The notes under the pieces: generated by a model
What the model was told of the DNA's origin: nothing
The model's input: only the letters and a program-made list of their open reading frames with translations
Database searches by the model: none
Assembly: GCA_964354495.1 (NCBI GenBank)
Contig: CAYHAA010000002.1
Span: 30,001 to 62,000, forward strand
Source: an uncultured archaeon
GTDB taxonomy: Archaea > Asgardarchaeota > Thorarchaeia > Thorarchaeales > Thorarchaeaceae
DNA: 32,000 bases
Reading direction: 5' to 3'
Made by a program: the position numbers and the translations under genes
Shown here: positions 6,995-15,486 of the stretch, piece by piece
Numbering within the stretch: the first letter of the stretch is position 1
How the letters are laid out: each line of letters opens with the position of its first letter

Positions 6995-9781
6995 CTAAAC
7001 CCTTAGTAGATCAATCTTCGATTCCGGTCTCCTTGAGGACCACCAGACAGGAATAATAGCGGCAAGGAGCACCACAGAGAGAAGTAGGAGAATCGTATAG
7101 CCTGCTGCCCCTCCTAGTGCCATTCTGTACCGGATTAGACCTGTTGCACTCTCATTCAGCGAGGCGATTTGCCCAAGGTTCTCGATATATCCCACTGCTA
7201 TGCCAAGCAGAAGTGCAAAGAAGACAGTCACCATAACCTCAGCTAGGAGCGTCTTGAACAATTGCCATTTGCTGAAGCCGCGCACTGAGAGAAGAGCTAT
7301 CTCAGCATCTTTCTCCTGTAGAGTGAGAATCACAACCAATGCAGTACCAACCATTGCGAGAATGACAGCAAATGAAATCGCCAGCCACTGTATCTTCGTT
7401 GTACCGCTTCTGATGACGCTAGTTTGATAGTCTGTTAGCTCAGTCGTGACCGAGTAACTAGCATAGACCCCGCTGAGCTCATCAGCCAGCTGTTCCTGCA
7501 GTTGGGTACCGTTCGTGTTGTCCACAGTATCGATGAGCACATTGGCAGTGGATGTATAGATCAGCAGACTGGAGTTGAGAAAGCCCTCTGACACAAAGGA
7601 TGTGTAGTCACCACCAATGGAGAACTGAAACCCTCCCGCAATTTGCTCAATTGGTGAGAGATAGCCAACAAGCCCCGCAATTGTGAGCGCATGTGTTCCA
7701 GAGGAAAATGGGGCTGCAACATTGAGTATGTCACCAACTGAGAGATCAAGTCGCTGCGCTACATCCAGCGAGAGGATAATACTGTCGTCTGTAAGGTCGT
7801 CGAACATCTGTTCGACGTCGCCAATGAACCACCCTGGTTCCCAAAATGCAATATCTCTCCATTCATCCGGTCGAATTCCTCGTGCATCTATTGTATTCGT
7901 TCCAGCTCTGAGGCTCAGTGTGTATTCTGGAGTCACATTCTGAACTGGTTCGTACTCCAAAACAGCTCCGAGCATCTCAGTCATATTCGTACCGGCATTG
8001 AGCTCGAGCCTCACATCTGCACCGACATCGTATCTAGCGGTTCTCTCAGTATAATCGTATTGTGAGTACAGACTACCTGTAGCAAAGATGCCATACGAAA
8101 CAATCAGAGCAGCTATGAAGACAAGTGTTGCATTACGAGCAGGGTGGCGTTTGATATTGCTTGTAGCTAGCTTCCCGAAGGCACCAAAGAACCTACGACC
8201 TGCAGTCATGACTGCCTCCTGGAACCTCTGCGAGCCTCGAATGAATACCTTTGTTGCGCCGTAGAGAAACAGGAGCGGACCTATACTATTCAGCACACTA
8301 TCAACCGCAAGCCAAGCAAGGATGGCAATTGAAACGAAAAGATTCCCGAAGCTTATACTGCCAAGTAGTCCATTCATGTCAATCCCTAGAGTCCAGACAA
8401 GTAGCTTGTAGGTTCCCAAGATCAAGCAGATGGTAGGCAGCAGTTTCTTGTACTCTGAGGTTTCTTCAACAAAGATGTACTGCTTGAGAGCGTCCAGAAC
8501 TTCGAGTTTGGAAGCCCGCCCAGAAGGACGCCACACTGAGAGGAGACCAAGAAACATACCTAAAATGACAGAGAGGACTACTGACACTAGATTGTCAAGA
8601 ATCGCTTGGAACATGTTCAGATTCTCGACACCTAGGATGATGTAAGCAGACGCAGTGCCAAGAAAGATGGAGAATGCTCCTGCAATCGCTCCAATGAGAG
8701 CTCCTTCCACCAAGAACATCCGTCTAATAGTCCCTCTTTCGTAGCCCTTCGTGAGTAGGAGGCCTATCTCGCGTCTTCTGAAGTTATATCCCACATCGCT
8801 GACCATTGTACCTGTGAAGTAAGCCAGAAGAAAGATGGGTAGAGACAATGCAAGAAACTGTGCGCTCATTATGAGCTGTGTGATCTGATAGACGAGAAGA
8901 CGACCCTGAAGATTCGAGGATACCTTTGCACCAAAGGGATCAGAGAGCTCGCTGATCACATCGGCTCGTCCCCTGATTCTCTCGAGCGAATTTGTAATAT
9001 CATAGGGATTGAGGTACCTTGCTCTATCCATCTGGAGATGAACTGAGGTAGTAATTCCAAGGTGAGTGTGACCACTAATAAACTCAGCCTCTCGCAAGAT
9101 AGAGTCCATGACCAGGTCCCAATCAGCGAGAAGAAGATTGTAGGAAGTATCGAAGGTGAAGGCGCGCGCACCACCGCCCAGACCTTCGAGTATCGCCATG
9201 ATTCCAGCACCAAATGACGGGATTATTGCCTCTCTGTTTCTCTCAGGCAAGTCAATGTATCCGACGACCGTGAGGTTTCTGGCTATTGTCAGTGGAGGCA
9301 TGAACAATCTGGAAACACGAATCTGAACCTCCAGTACTTGCCCCAGAGAAAAAAGTGATTCATTCCTCGAGCCCCGTACAACATAAGTTTCGTTCGCACC
9401 CAGTGATGAACTTCCTTGAAGTACCTGTATACCTGAAGCAATGTCTGAAGACATCTCTATGGCTGCGACTGTCATATTCGTGCCAGTACTATCGTAATCA
9501 AAGTAGAACTTGGATGAACGGGTGCTGTTTACAATACCGTCCACGGCATCCAGCTCGTTCTCTAGTTCATTCAGGTCGGCAATCGTCCAATTGGAGTTTA
9601 CTGAATCCACGTCAAAGTCATACAGGATGCTCTCGATGGTTGCATTGAGGGCATCCCTCGATATGATATCAGCCGCAACATTGGTGGACGCAAAGAAAGT
9701 CGTAGCTAACAGAACGCCAATGGTGAGGGCAACAAAGAGGCGATAGCTGCGAACCACTCGCTTGAAGGCGTACTTGAACAT
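6995..9781 (-). CDS. FtsX/MacB-like ABC permease (duplicated architecture)
   Basis: Two FtsX-type modules (RRREIGLLLTKG; EKDAEIALLSVRG), multiple TM segments and two large extracytoplasmic loops; SD GGAGGT. Confidence 0.88.
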   Translation of the reverse strand: MFKYAFKRVVRSYRLFVALTIGVLLATTFFASTNVAADIISRDALNATIESILYDFDVDSVNSNWTIADLNELENELDAVDGIVNSTRSSKFYFDYDSTGTNMTVAAIEMSSDIASGIQVLQGSSSLGANETYVVRGSRNESLFSLGQVLEVQIRVSRLFMPPLTIARNLTVVGYIDLPERNREAIIPSFGAGIMAILEGLGGGARAFTFDTSYNLLLADWDLVMDSILREAEFISGHTHLGITTSVHLQMDRARYLNPYDITNSLERIRGRADVISELSDPFGAKVSSNLQGRLLVYQITQLIMSAQFLALSLPIFLLAYFTGTMVSDVGYNFRRREIGLLLTKGYERGTIRRMFLVEGALIGAIAGAFSIFLGTASAYIILGVENLNMFQAILDNLVSVVLSVILGMFLGLLSVWRPSGRASKLEVLDALKQYIFVEETSEYKKLLPTICLILGTYKLLVWTLGIDMNGLLGSISFGNLFVSIAILAWLAVDSVLNSIGPLLFLYGATKVFIRGSQRFQEAVMTAGRRFFGAFGKLATSNIKRHPARNATLVFIAALIVSYGIFATGSLYSQYDYTERTARYDVGADVRLELNAGTNMTEMLGAVLEYEPVQNVTPEYTLSLRAGTNTIDARGIRPDEWRDIAFWEPGWFIGDVEQMFDDLTDDSIILSLDVAQRLDLSVGDILNVAAPFSSGTHALTIAGLVGYLSPIEQIAGGFQFSIGGDYTSFVSEGFLNSSLLIYTSTANVLIDTVDNTNGTQLQEQLADELSGVYASYSVTTELTDYQTSVIRSGTTKIQWLAISFAVILAMVGTALVVILTLQEKDAEIALLSVRGFSKWQLFKTLLAEVMVTVFFALLLGIAVGYIENLGQIASLNESATGLIRYRMALGGAAGYTILLLLSVVLLAAIIPVWWSSRRPESKIDLLRV

Positions 9782-9816
9782 GACAACTGCGACCTCCTGT
9801 GTCCCAACTGATGAAG

Positions 9817-9826
9817 TCTTATAAAC
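9817..9826 (-). promoter_or_regulatory. TATA box for the ABC permease/ATPase operon
   Basis: Minus strand GTTTATAAG, 37-45 nt upstream of ATG 9781; SD GGAGGT (plus acctcc, 9792-9797). Confidence 0.55.
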
Positions 9827-9835
9827 CGGATGGAT

Positions 9836-9851
9836 ATATCATTGATGATAT
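9836..9851. promoter_or_regulatory. Perfect 7-2-7 inverted repeat, candidate operator
   Basis: ATATCAT-TG-ATGATAT just 5' of the minus-strand TATA box. Confidence 0.4.
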
Positions 9852-9882
9852 TTCTTCGCTTCTTGTTATAATTCCGATTGTT

Positions 9883-10458
9883 TCATTCAGAACCGGCTGA
9901 CTGGCGTTGTCGATACAGGTATGCGCCGATACAAGCAATCAGACCAATACAAAGACTTGATGCGACGACATATGGCATTGTGATATTAGGGTCAACCACG
10001 GTCGTCGTTTCCGTTTGTAGTTCGACGTATTCATGGCGACTCACGCGAGTATTGTTCGCGAGATCTGTGGCAGTAATGTAGATATCATATGTACCAGCTT
10101 CCAGCAAAGCATCGAGGTTCTCAACGTAGAGAGACCCGTTGTACGTCATTAGCTCTCGGATGGTTGTATTCGGCCCATTGACATAGACACTCACATTAGC
10201 TAGGTCGAGATCATCATCAGTGACATTCGCCCATACTGTGAATGGCTCACTCATGTTTGGTCTTCCCGCAATGCCCCAGTCGTAGATTGAAGGACTCACA
10301 TCTGCCACATGAGTAGCGTGTTGGTCTTGTGTCTGAGAAACAGTCAGTATTCCCTTTGTGCCAACGGAAAGGATGAGACTCGAGAATAGAACAGCCAGCA
10401 CAAGAAATGTGAGGACATGGGAGGTTCTTCTGTATTGAGCCATCATAATCCTGCTCAT
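9883..10458 (-). CDS. Small secreted, C-terminally membrane-anchored protein with one Ig-like domain
   Basis: N-terminal hydrophobic signal/TM, beta-rich NVTDDD...GTYDIYITATDLANN, C-terminal TM followed by RQRQ. Start uncertain (10542, 10458, 10446 or 10443). Confidence 0.75.
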   Translation of the reverse strand: MSRIMMAQYRRTSHVLTFLVLAVLFSSLILSVGTKGILTVSQTQDQHATHVADVSPSIYDWGIAGRPNMSEPFTVWANVTDDDLDLANVSVYVNGPNTTIRELMTYNGSLYVENLDALLEAGTYDIYITATDLANNTRVSRHEYVELQTETTTVVDPNITMPYVVASSLCIGLIACIGAYLYRQRQSAGSE

Positions 10459-10616
10459 CTTCAATACTCTCTTAATTAGCTCGCTTGTTGACGCATTCTG
10501 CGAGGGTCTGGTTGTTCCGATGGGTCTATGCTGGAAGACCAAAAGAACACCGCAGGAATAGTCCCTGATCTAGGGCGCTGTTGTACTAACAAGATAAAAC
10601 GATAGAACAAGAAGGT

Positions 10617-10867
10617 GGGCATAGCGTCGTGCGAGCAACGCGTCGTATTGCCGCGCCACCACCTAATGATTTTGTACGCCGCATTCCAACGAGCCTATTT
10701 TGAGGTCGCTGCAAGTCGTCACCGCACGCCTTAGTGATGACGGCTCGCACCGAATTTGCTATGCCCTTGGTTCAGGAGTGATTTGGGAGCAATTGCAGTT
10801 AACCCTTACGGTTTGCGTTGGCTCGGCAGCATGGGTGGAGCAGCCACCTGGTCGACGACTGACGCAA
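10617..10867. ncRNA. Candidate structured RNA of unknown class
   Basis: GGGCATAGC 10617-25 pairs with GCTATGCCC 10758-66; GTGCGAGC 10629-36 pairs with GCTCGCAC 10743-50; internal hairpins; a second long hairpin at 10813-10867 has four G-U pairs on the + strand. Confidence 0.45.
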
Positions 10868-10880
10868 TCCTTTGACAGGG

Positions 10881-10904
10881 ATATGATATCATATGATGTG
10901 ATAT
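10881..10904. promoter_or_regulatory. Overlapping palindromes, candidate operator
   Basis: 14 bp perfect palindrome ATATGATATCATAT (10881-94) and 10 bp ATCATATGAT (10888-97), next to TATA-like ACTTAAAA (10907-14). Confidence 0.35.
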
Positions 10905-11208
10905 TACTTAAAAGGAATGTTGAGATGAACATAAGGATTGGAGATGCATCGTCTGAAGCGTATCTAGGCAGAGTAGTCAGCACAGACAAGATGACTTGCA
11001 CTAAGAATGAACCAACGTGGTTCACGCTAACATCAATGCGAATGGTGCAAATCGGAACCTTTTTCCATTAGCTAATATCAGTCGTCTTGCCCAAGAGCTT
11101 AACATAAGACCTTTATGAGAACCTGTTCTGTGAAACAGAAGCTTGAGCAACGGGACTGTAGTTCCAAGACCTTGGTCATGCAGTACTAGTAGATGGAGAC
11201 ATGAATGA

Positions 11209-13026
11209 ATGCGAGTGTACCTTGATGCGAACTTCTTTATCAGTGGCTTTTCGGACCGACCAAAAGATGTAGCAATAATCAAGAAAGCGGCAGACAAAGT
11301 CGGTATCGAATTATGGATTACAAGACAGGTATTCCAGGAACTGCGTTGGTACTTGCGACGAGAGGTCGAAACGATGATCCAAATCGATGAGACACTATCC
11401 AAAGACATCAAGGCTTTGACGGAGAGCATAAAGCGCCCCGAAAGCTCGCTTCCTCAACCTAATGACATGTCCCTAATTCTTGCAGCAATGCGCTCTAAGA
11501 GATCCAGGATTGTAACAAGCGATATGAAGCTGCTCAATACTATTCAAGATCTCAAGGTAGAAGTAGAGGGGATTGTTGGCTCTGCATTTGTCCTCGAGCT
11601 GATGGAGCTTGCAGATAACGAGGAAATGAAGAAAGCGCTCTCGCCAATTCGAGACAGAATCTATTCTGAGGAAGTCAGGTATAGTATTTCAAGGCAGGAG
11701 TCTTATGATCCTGTGACTAGAATTCGGGTCATTGAGGATCATGCGCTTCGTGTGCTCAGGGCCGTAAAGAGACCCGCAGAGGGGCTAGACAAACAATTGG
11801 CGAAGGGGCAGCCATTGTTCGTCCTAGACTTCCTTGAAGATATCAAAGCAGGCATTCCGAACATGTTTGATGATTTCCGTGAGGGAAGGTATGATCCTCT
11901 AGCGCTTGAGATAGACGCAGTTCAAAATGAAATTGAGCGTTTGCTAATTGTCTCGACACTGACTGAGGAATCAGAAACTCATGGTAAGCTTGTTCGTCAT
12001 GCAGCCGACCTCACGCTCTTTCTGTATTATCTCGAGATGATTTGCCACATGTACAGAGGTACACGCGAAGGAATAGAGGACGCACTAGCTGTCAGCGAGG
12101 AAGCCTTTCGTTTACTCATGTTTGCAGAAGTACAGAACGACGAACTCAAGGCATCAGTTTTCTTCGTGAGAATACTTCTGTCCCTCATTCGAGAGGACTA
12201 TGATGAGATTGACTATTTCTATAGCCTCTATGATTCGATGATTGGTAGATTGTCTCTTGACAGTATGATGGAGACCACCGAGGGTTTCTACATAACAATG
12301 CAGGTGCTACGGTCAGAGGTCATGGGCGGTTTCAGTCTCACAAAGACAAAGCTACAATTCCCTGACGTGACAATGGCAATGCTCAACGACATAGCGAAAT
12401 ACAGTCTTCTCTTTGAAGACCATGATAATGCATGGCAGCTAGCGGTTGCAGCCTACAAGATTGGTGTGGCATACAACAGAGAAGAGGGTGCAGTCAATTC
12501 ATTCCGAATGCTCTACAAGGTATCATCTTCATCTCACGACCGATTCAAGCCCGCACTAGAGAAAATATCGGAACACGCGCTGAAGGCCTTTGTAAAGAAG
12601 GGATGGAATACAAATATGGTCACTCCAATTCTGAACGAAGTTCAAGGCGAGTTTCCGCCTATCGATAATTTGGCAACAGGAGGGCCAGTGGCGTTCAAGT
12701 CGATTCGCGATGAACTCAAGGGCTGGATGGACGTCCTAACTCTGGAAACAATTGATGGAGAAGAGGTCCTGATGGTGCGAAACGAGAGGTTGCAGGCCAG
12801 AGTGGCCATTATGACCAAACACCATCCTGAGCTCAGGTCTTTGAAGACGGGACATAAGGTCGCCCTTACAAAGGGCAAATTCGATGTCTCGAATGCAAAA
12901 GCTGATGTGGTCAAGAGGTACTCTATAGTATTGATGATTGAACCAAGTGAACAAGCAGAGATATCATATGAAGGAGAGTATGGATTCTCCTGCCTCAAGG
13001 TGGCAGTCCCCGAGACTGAAGCATGA
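11209..13026 (+). CDS. PIN-domain protein with long helical region and beta-rich C-terminus
   Basis: PIN acidic quartet YLDAN, VFQEL, PNDMS, VTSDMK in the first ~130 aa; the remainder is unassigned. Confidence 0.8.
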   Translation: MRVYLDANFFISGFSDRPKDVAIIKKAADKVGIELWITRQVFQELRWYLRREVETMIQIDETLSKDIKALTESIKRPESSLPQPNDMSLILAAMRSKRSRIVTSDMKLLNTIQDLKVEVEGIVGSAFVLELMELADNEEMKKALSPIRDRIYSEEVRYSISRQESYDPVTRIRVIEDHALRVLRAVKRPAEGLDKQLAKGQPLFVLDFLEDIKAGIPNMFDDFREGRYDPLALEIDAVQNEIERLLIVSTLTEESETHGKLVRHAADLTLFLYYLEMICHMYRGTREGIEDALAVSEEAFRLLMFAEVQNDELKASVFFVRILLSLIREDYDEIDYFYSLYDSMIGRLSLDSMMETTEGFYITMQVLRSEVMGGFSLTKTKLQFPDVTMAMLNDIAKYSLLFEDHDNAWQLAVAAYKIGVAYNREEGAVNSFRMLYKVSSSSHDRFKPALEKISEHALKAFVKKGWNTNMVTPILNEVQGEFPPIDNLATGGPVAFKSIRDELKGWMDVLTLETIDGEEVLMVRNERLQARVAIMTKHHPELRSLKTGHKVALTKGKFDVSNAKADVVKRYSIVLMIEPSEQAEISYEGEYGFSCLKVAVPETEA

Positions 13027-13044
13027 ATAAAAGAAGGAAAAAGA

Positions 13045-13485
13045 TTGGAACTACTGGCACTGGCCTTGATTGTGGTTGCAGTATCGTTCTTGGCTGTGTT
13101 CAATTATTATCTGAACCTTGCGCCAGGAGCAGATCCAGAAGATTTCAGGATTGGCCCTCAACAACTCAATTTGACCTGTGACTGTTATCTGAACCCCCTA
13201 ATTGTTGGCGGAATCTTGGTCATTGCTTTTAGCGCAGGTTCGGGAATGTTCGAGTCTCGTCCAGAGCTCTTTCTGACTGGTATCATCTCTTTTTCTGTTG
13301 TTACAGCCGCAGGCGTCATAGGCAGACGAAAACGGTACAATGAATGGAAGGAGTTTGACAAGGTCATTAGAAGGGCTATACCAAAGGCAAACCTAGCGAC
13401 GCCATATAGAAGCCCTGTCGACATACTCTTCGATGATGAGGAAGAGGATGAAGATGAGGATGATTACGACTTTGAGGACTACTGA
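13045..13485 (+). CDS. Three-TM membrane protein with basic juxtamembrane segment and poly-acidic tail
   Basis: Three hydrophobic stretches, RRKRY, C-terminal DDEEEDEDEDDYDFEDY; TTG start 18 nt after the PIN gene. Confidence 0.7.
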   Translation: MELLALALIVVAVSFLAVFNYYLNLAPGADPEDFRIGPQQLNLTCDCYLNPLIVGGILVIAFSAGSGMFESRPELFLTGIISFSVVTAAGVIGRRKRYNEWKEFDKVIRRAIPKANLATPYRSPVDILFDDEEEDEDEDDYDFEDY

Positions 13486-13856
13486 TTTGTCTTCGATGAA
13501 TGAGACTCTATCTTATCGTTCTTCAGGTTTGGAAACTTGATTGCTAGAACGCTGCTCTCAGAATTCTTCGAGGCAGAGAAGGAGTGTTTCTCTCCTGGAT
13601 CAACGAGGACTATATCGCCTAGCTCAAGGTGCAGCTTTCTATCATCTACATGCATACTTAAGGCAGTCAATGCCACAAAGGCCTCCTGCAGCTCTGCATG
13701 GGCGTGAGGCGCAGTGACTGTGCCTGCAGGTATCGTCACCCAGATGAATCCACTATCTGGTATGCTCTTCCGAAATTTGATGTCAGCGATATACTTCGCA
13801 CTATATCCCGTCCTAGCCATCTCTTCAGCATCTGCGGCTCTGAATAGTTTCACCAT
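13479..13856 (-). CDS. Cupin-2 domain protein
   Basis: TAPHAHAELQEAF...GDIVLVDPGEKHSF metal-binding cupin motifs; start moved to ATG 13856. Confidence 0.82.
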   Translation of the reverse strand: MVKLFRAADAEEMARTGYSAKYIADIKFRKSIPDSGFIWVTIPAGTVTAPHAHAELQEAFVALTALSMHVDDRKLHLELGDIVLVDPGEKHSFSASKNSESSVLAIKFPNLKNDKIESHSSKTNQ

Positions 13857-13969
13857 TTCAACCAGTGATGACGTTAGGATGCAGAAGATGAATCTTGTTC
13901 TGTGACCAATAGTTATCAGTTTATTATTACATTGATTCGACATCCAATGGTGAGCCGGTTGAAATCTTC

Positions 13970-14110
13970 ATGCTCATAACAAGGGCATCATCAGGAAAGT
14001 CACTACTTGAGGCAGCAGGGGGTCGAATAAAGCATGGAAAACTGCCGAGCTGGATTTACGAAATGCTGAAAAGAAGGCTGTTTTCAGTAGAGGACTCAAA
14101 GAAGAACTGA
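13970..14110 (+). CDS. Candidate 46 aa small protein missed by the ORF track
   Basis: MLITRASSGKSLLEAAGGRIKHGKLPSWIYEMLKRRLFSVEDSKKN; the frame is open from 13913 and stops 13 nt before the next gene. Confidence 0.35.
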   Translation: MLITRASSGKSLLEAAGGRIKHGKLPSWIYEMLKRRLFSVEDSKKN

Positions 14111-14123
14111 CAGGAGAATCGTA

Positions 14124-14627
14124 ATGCACTTCAGGACTATCTCAGTTATTGGTGGCTCTGACTCTGACCAGAAGGTGCTGATACTGGCGGAGCAAGTCGG
14201 CGAGGAAATTGCGAAGCGAAATGTCGCTTTAGTTTGCGGAGGCCTCGGAGGAGTCATGGAAGCTGCTTGCAGAGGTGCCAAGAGGAACAATGGTCTAACA
14301 ATTGGCATCCTTCCCACTGACACTAAGGAACATGCTAACGAGTTCGTCGATATTGTAATCCCTACAGGTATTGGTTACGCCAGGAATTTCCTTGTGGCAA
14401 AAGCAGGAGATGCAGTCATTGCGATGGATGGCTCAGCTGGAACCCTAAGTGAAATCGCTATCGCTTGGTTCTCAGACCGGCCGATTGTTTCAGTGACTAG
14501 CTCCGGAGGATGGGCTGCGAAACTTGCTGGGACACAAATAGACGGCCGGAGAACAGATAAGGTGTACTCAGCCAAGACACCCAAAGAGGCAGTTCAGCTG
14601 GTCTTCGACGCTCTCGATTGGCAATAG
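14124..14627 (+). CDS. TIGR00725 family / LOG-like Rossmann-fold protein
   Basis: VCGGLGGVMEAAC, TIGILP, TGIGYARN, GSAGTLSEIA. Confidence 0.88.
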   Translation: MHFRTISVIGGSDSDQKVLILAEQVGEEIAKRNVALVCGGLGGVMEAACRGAKRNNGLTIGILPTDTKEHANEFVDIVIPTGIGYARNFLVAKAGDAVIAMDGSAGTLSEIAIAWFSDRPIVSVTSSGGWAAKLAGTQIDGRRTDKVYSAKTPKEAVQLVFDALDWQ

Positions 14628-14638
14628 GTGTGTATGCA

Positions 14639-15481
14639 ATGGACAGGCTTGTTCAGTCTATTCTTGGCGGCAAGACAAATTTCGAAGCAGATGAGATATG
14701 GCATCTCACAGGATTGACTCAGGATCTTCTTAGAGAGAAGCCAAACGTTGTAGATATTCCCTCTCAGAACCTGATATTCATCGGAGACCTCCACGGGGAA
14801 CTCGCAAGTGCATTATCCGTACAACGTTACATTGCAAAATATGATGATCATCATTTCATCTTTCTAGGTGACTACGTGGATCGTGGACCGGCACAAATAG
14901 AGACCTTCAATCTGGTTATGGCATTGGCACTTGCTCATCCAGAAAGAGTCACTATGCTCAGGGGAAACCATGAGTCCGAAGAAATAGTATCTCACTATGG
15001 GTTTTACGACGCTGTGACAGGCTCGTATTCGCTTGATGTGTTCAAATCCTACACAAGAGTCTTTGAAGTCCTCCCTATTGCCGCCTATCAGAATAACGCC
15101 GTATTTGCTTGTCATGGTGGCGTGGCCGAAGGAGTGACGTCGGTCGAGGATATTCAGGCATGCAACAGAAGAGACCCCAATTTCCCCGATGATGTTGTAT
15201 TTCAGATGGTGTGGAATGATCCACAGGAGGGCGACTTCAGATTCAGGCCCAACATCAGAGGTGCCCGTGCAAGATACTACGGACGGAAAGCCTTTGATGT
15301 TTTCATGACGGACATCAATGCACATCTCATGTTTCGTGCCCATGAGGTCATATCAGACGGATATGTCACGTTCTTCCAGGGCAGACTTGTTAGCATCTTC
15401 AGTGCATCATACGGCGGACAAGTACAGCCAAAGATTGTGCGACTCGGTTATAGTTGTAGAATAGAAACGCTGGCTGTCTGA
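14639..15481 (+). CDS. PPP-family Ser/Thr protein phosphatase
   Basis: GDLHG, GDYVDRG, RGNHE, YGFYD, CHGG, WNDP, RAHE, SIFSA; start ATG 14639 after SD AGGTG. Confidence 0.92.
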   Translation: MDRLVQSILGGKTNFEADEIWHLTGLTQDLLREKPNVVDIPSQNLIFIGDLHGELASALSVQRYIAKYDDHHFIFLGDYVDRGPAQIETFNLVMALALAHPERVTMLRGNHESEEIVSHYGFYDAVTGSYSLDVFKSYTRVFEVLPIAAYQNNAVFACHGGVAEGVTSVEDIQACNRRDPNFPDDVVFQMVWNDPQEGDFRFRPNIRGARARYYGRKAFDVFMTDINAHLMFRAHEVISDGYVTFFQGRLVSIFSASYGGQVQPKIVRLGYSCRIETLAV

Positions 15482-15486
15482 TAACG

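Noticed and set aside
10734-10746. GTGATGA (box C) on + and GAGCCGT (group II intron domain V start) on -
   Set aside because: There is no correctly spaced box D or D'/C', and the rest of domain V does not match; both lie inside ordinary stems.
10617-10766. tRNA (with intron), 5S rRNA, RNase P RNA or hammerhead assignment
   Set aside because: No TTCRA T-loop, no 5S conserved loops, no GAGGAAAGTCC, and no complete CTGATGA/GAAA core on either strand.
10825-10850. GGAGCAGCC resembling SRP RNA helix 8
   Set aside because: The CAGG-stem-GNRA half of the motif is missing and the sequence folds as a different hairpin.
10700-11429. ORFs 10700-11071 (+), 10759-11025 (-) and 11022-11429 (-)
   Set aside because: They overlap each other, the structured element or the PIN gene and lack motifs; a short real ORF from ATG 10926 cannot be fully excluded.
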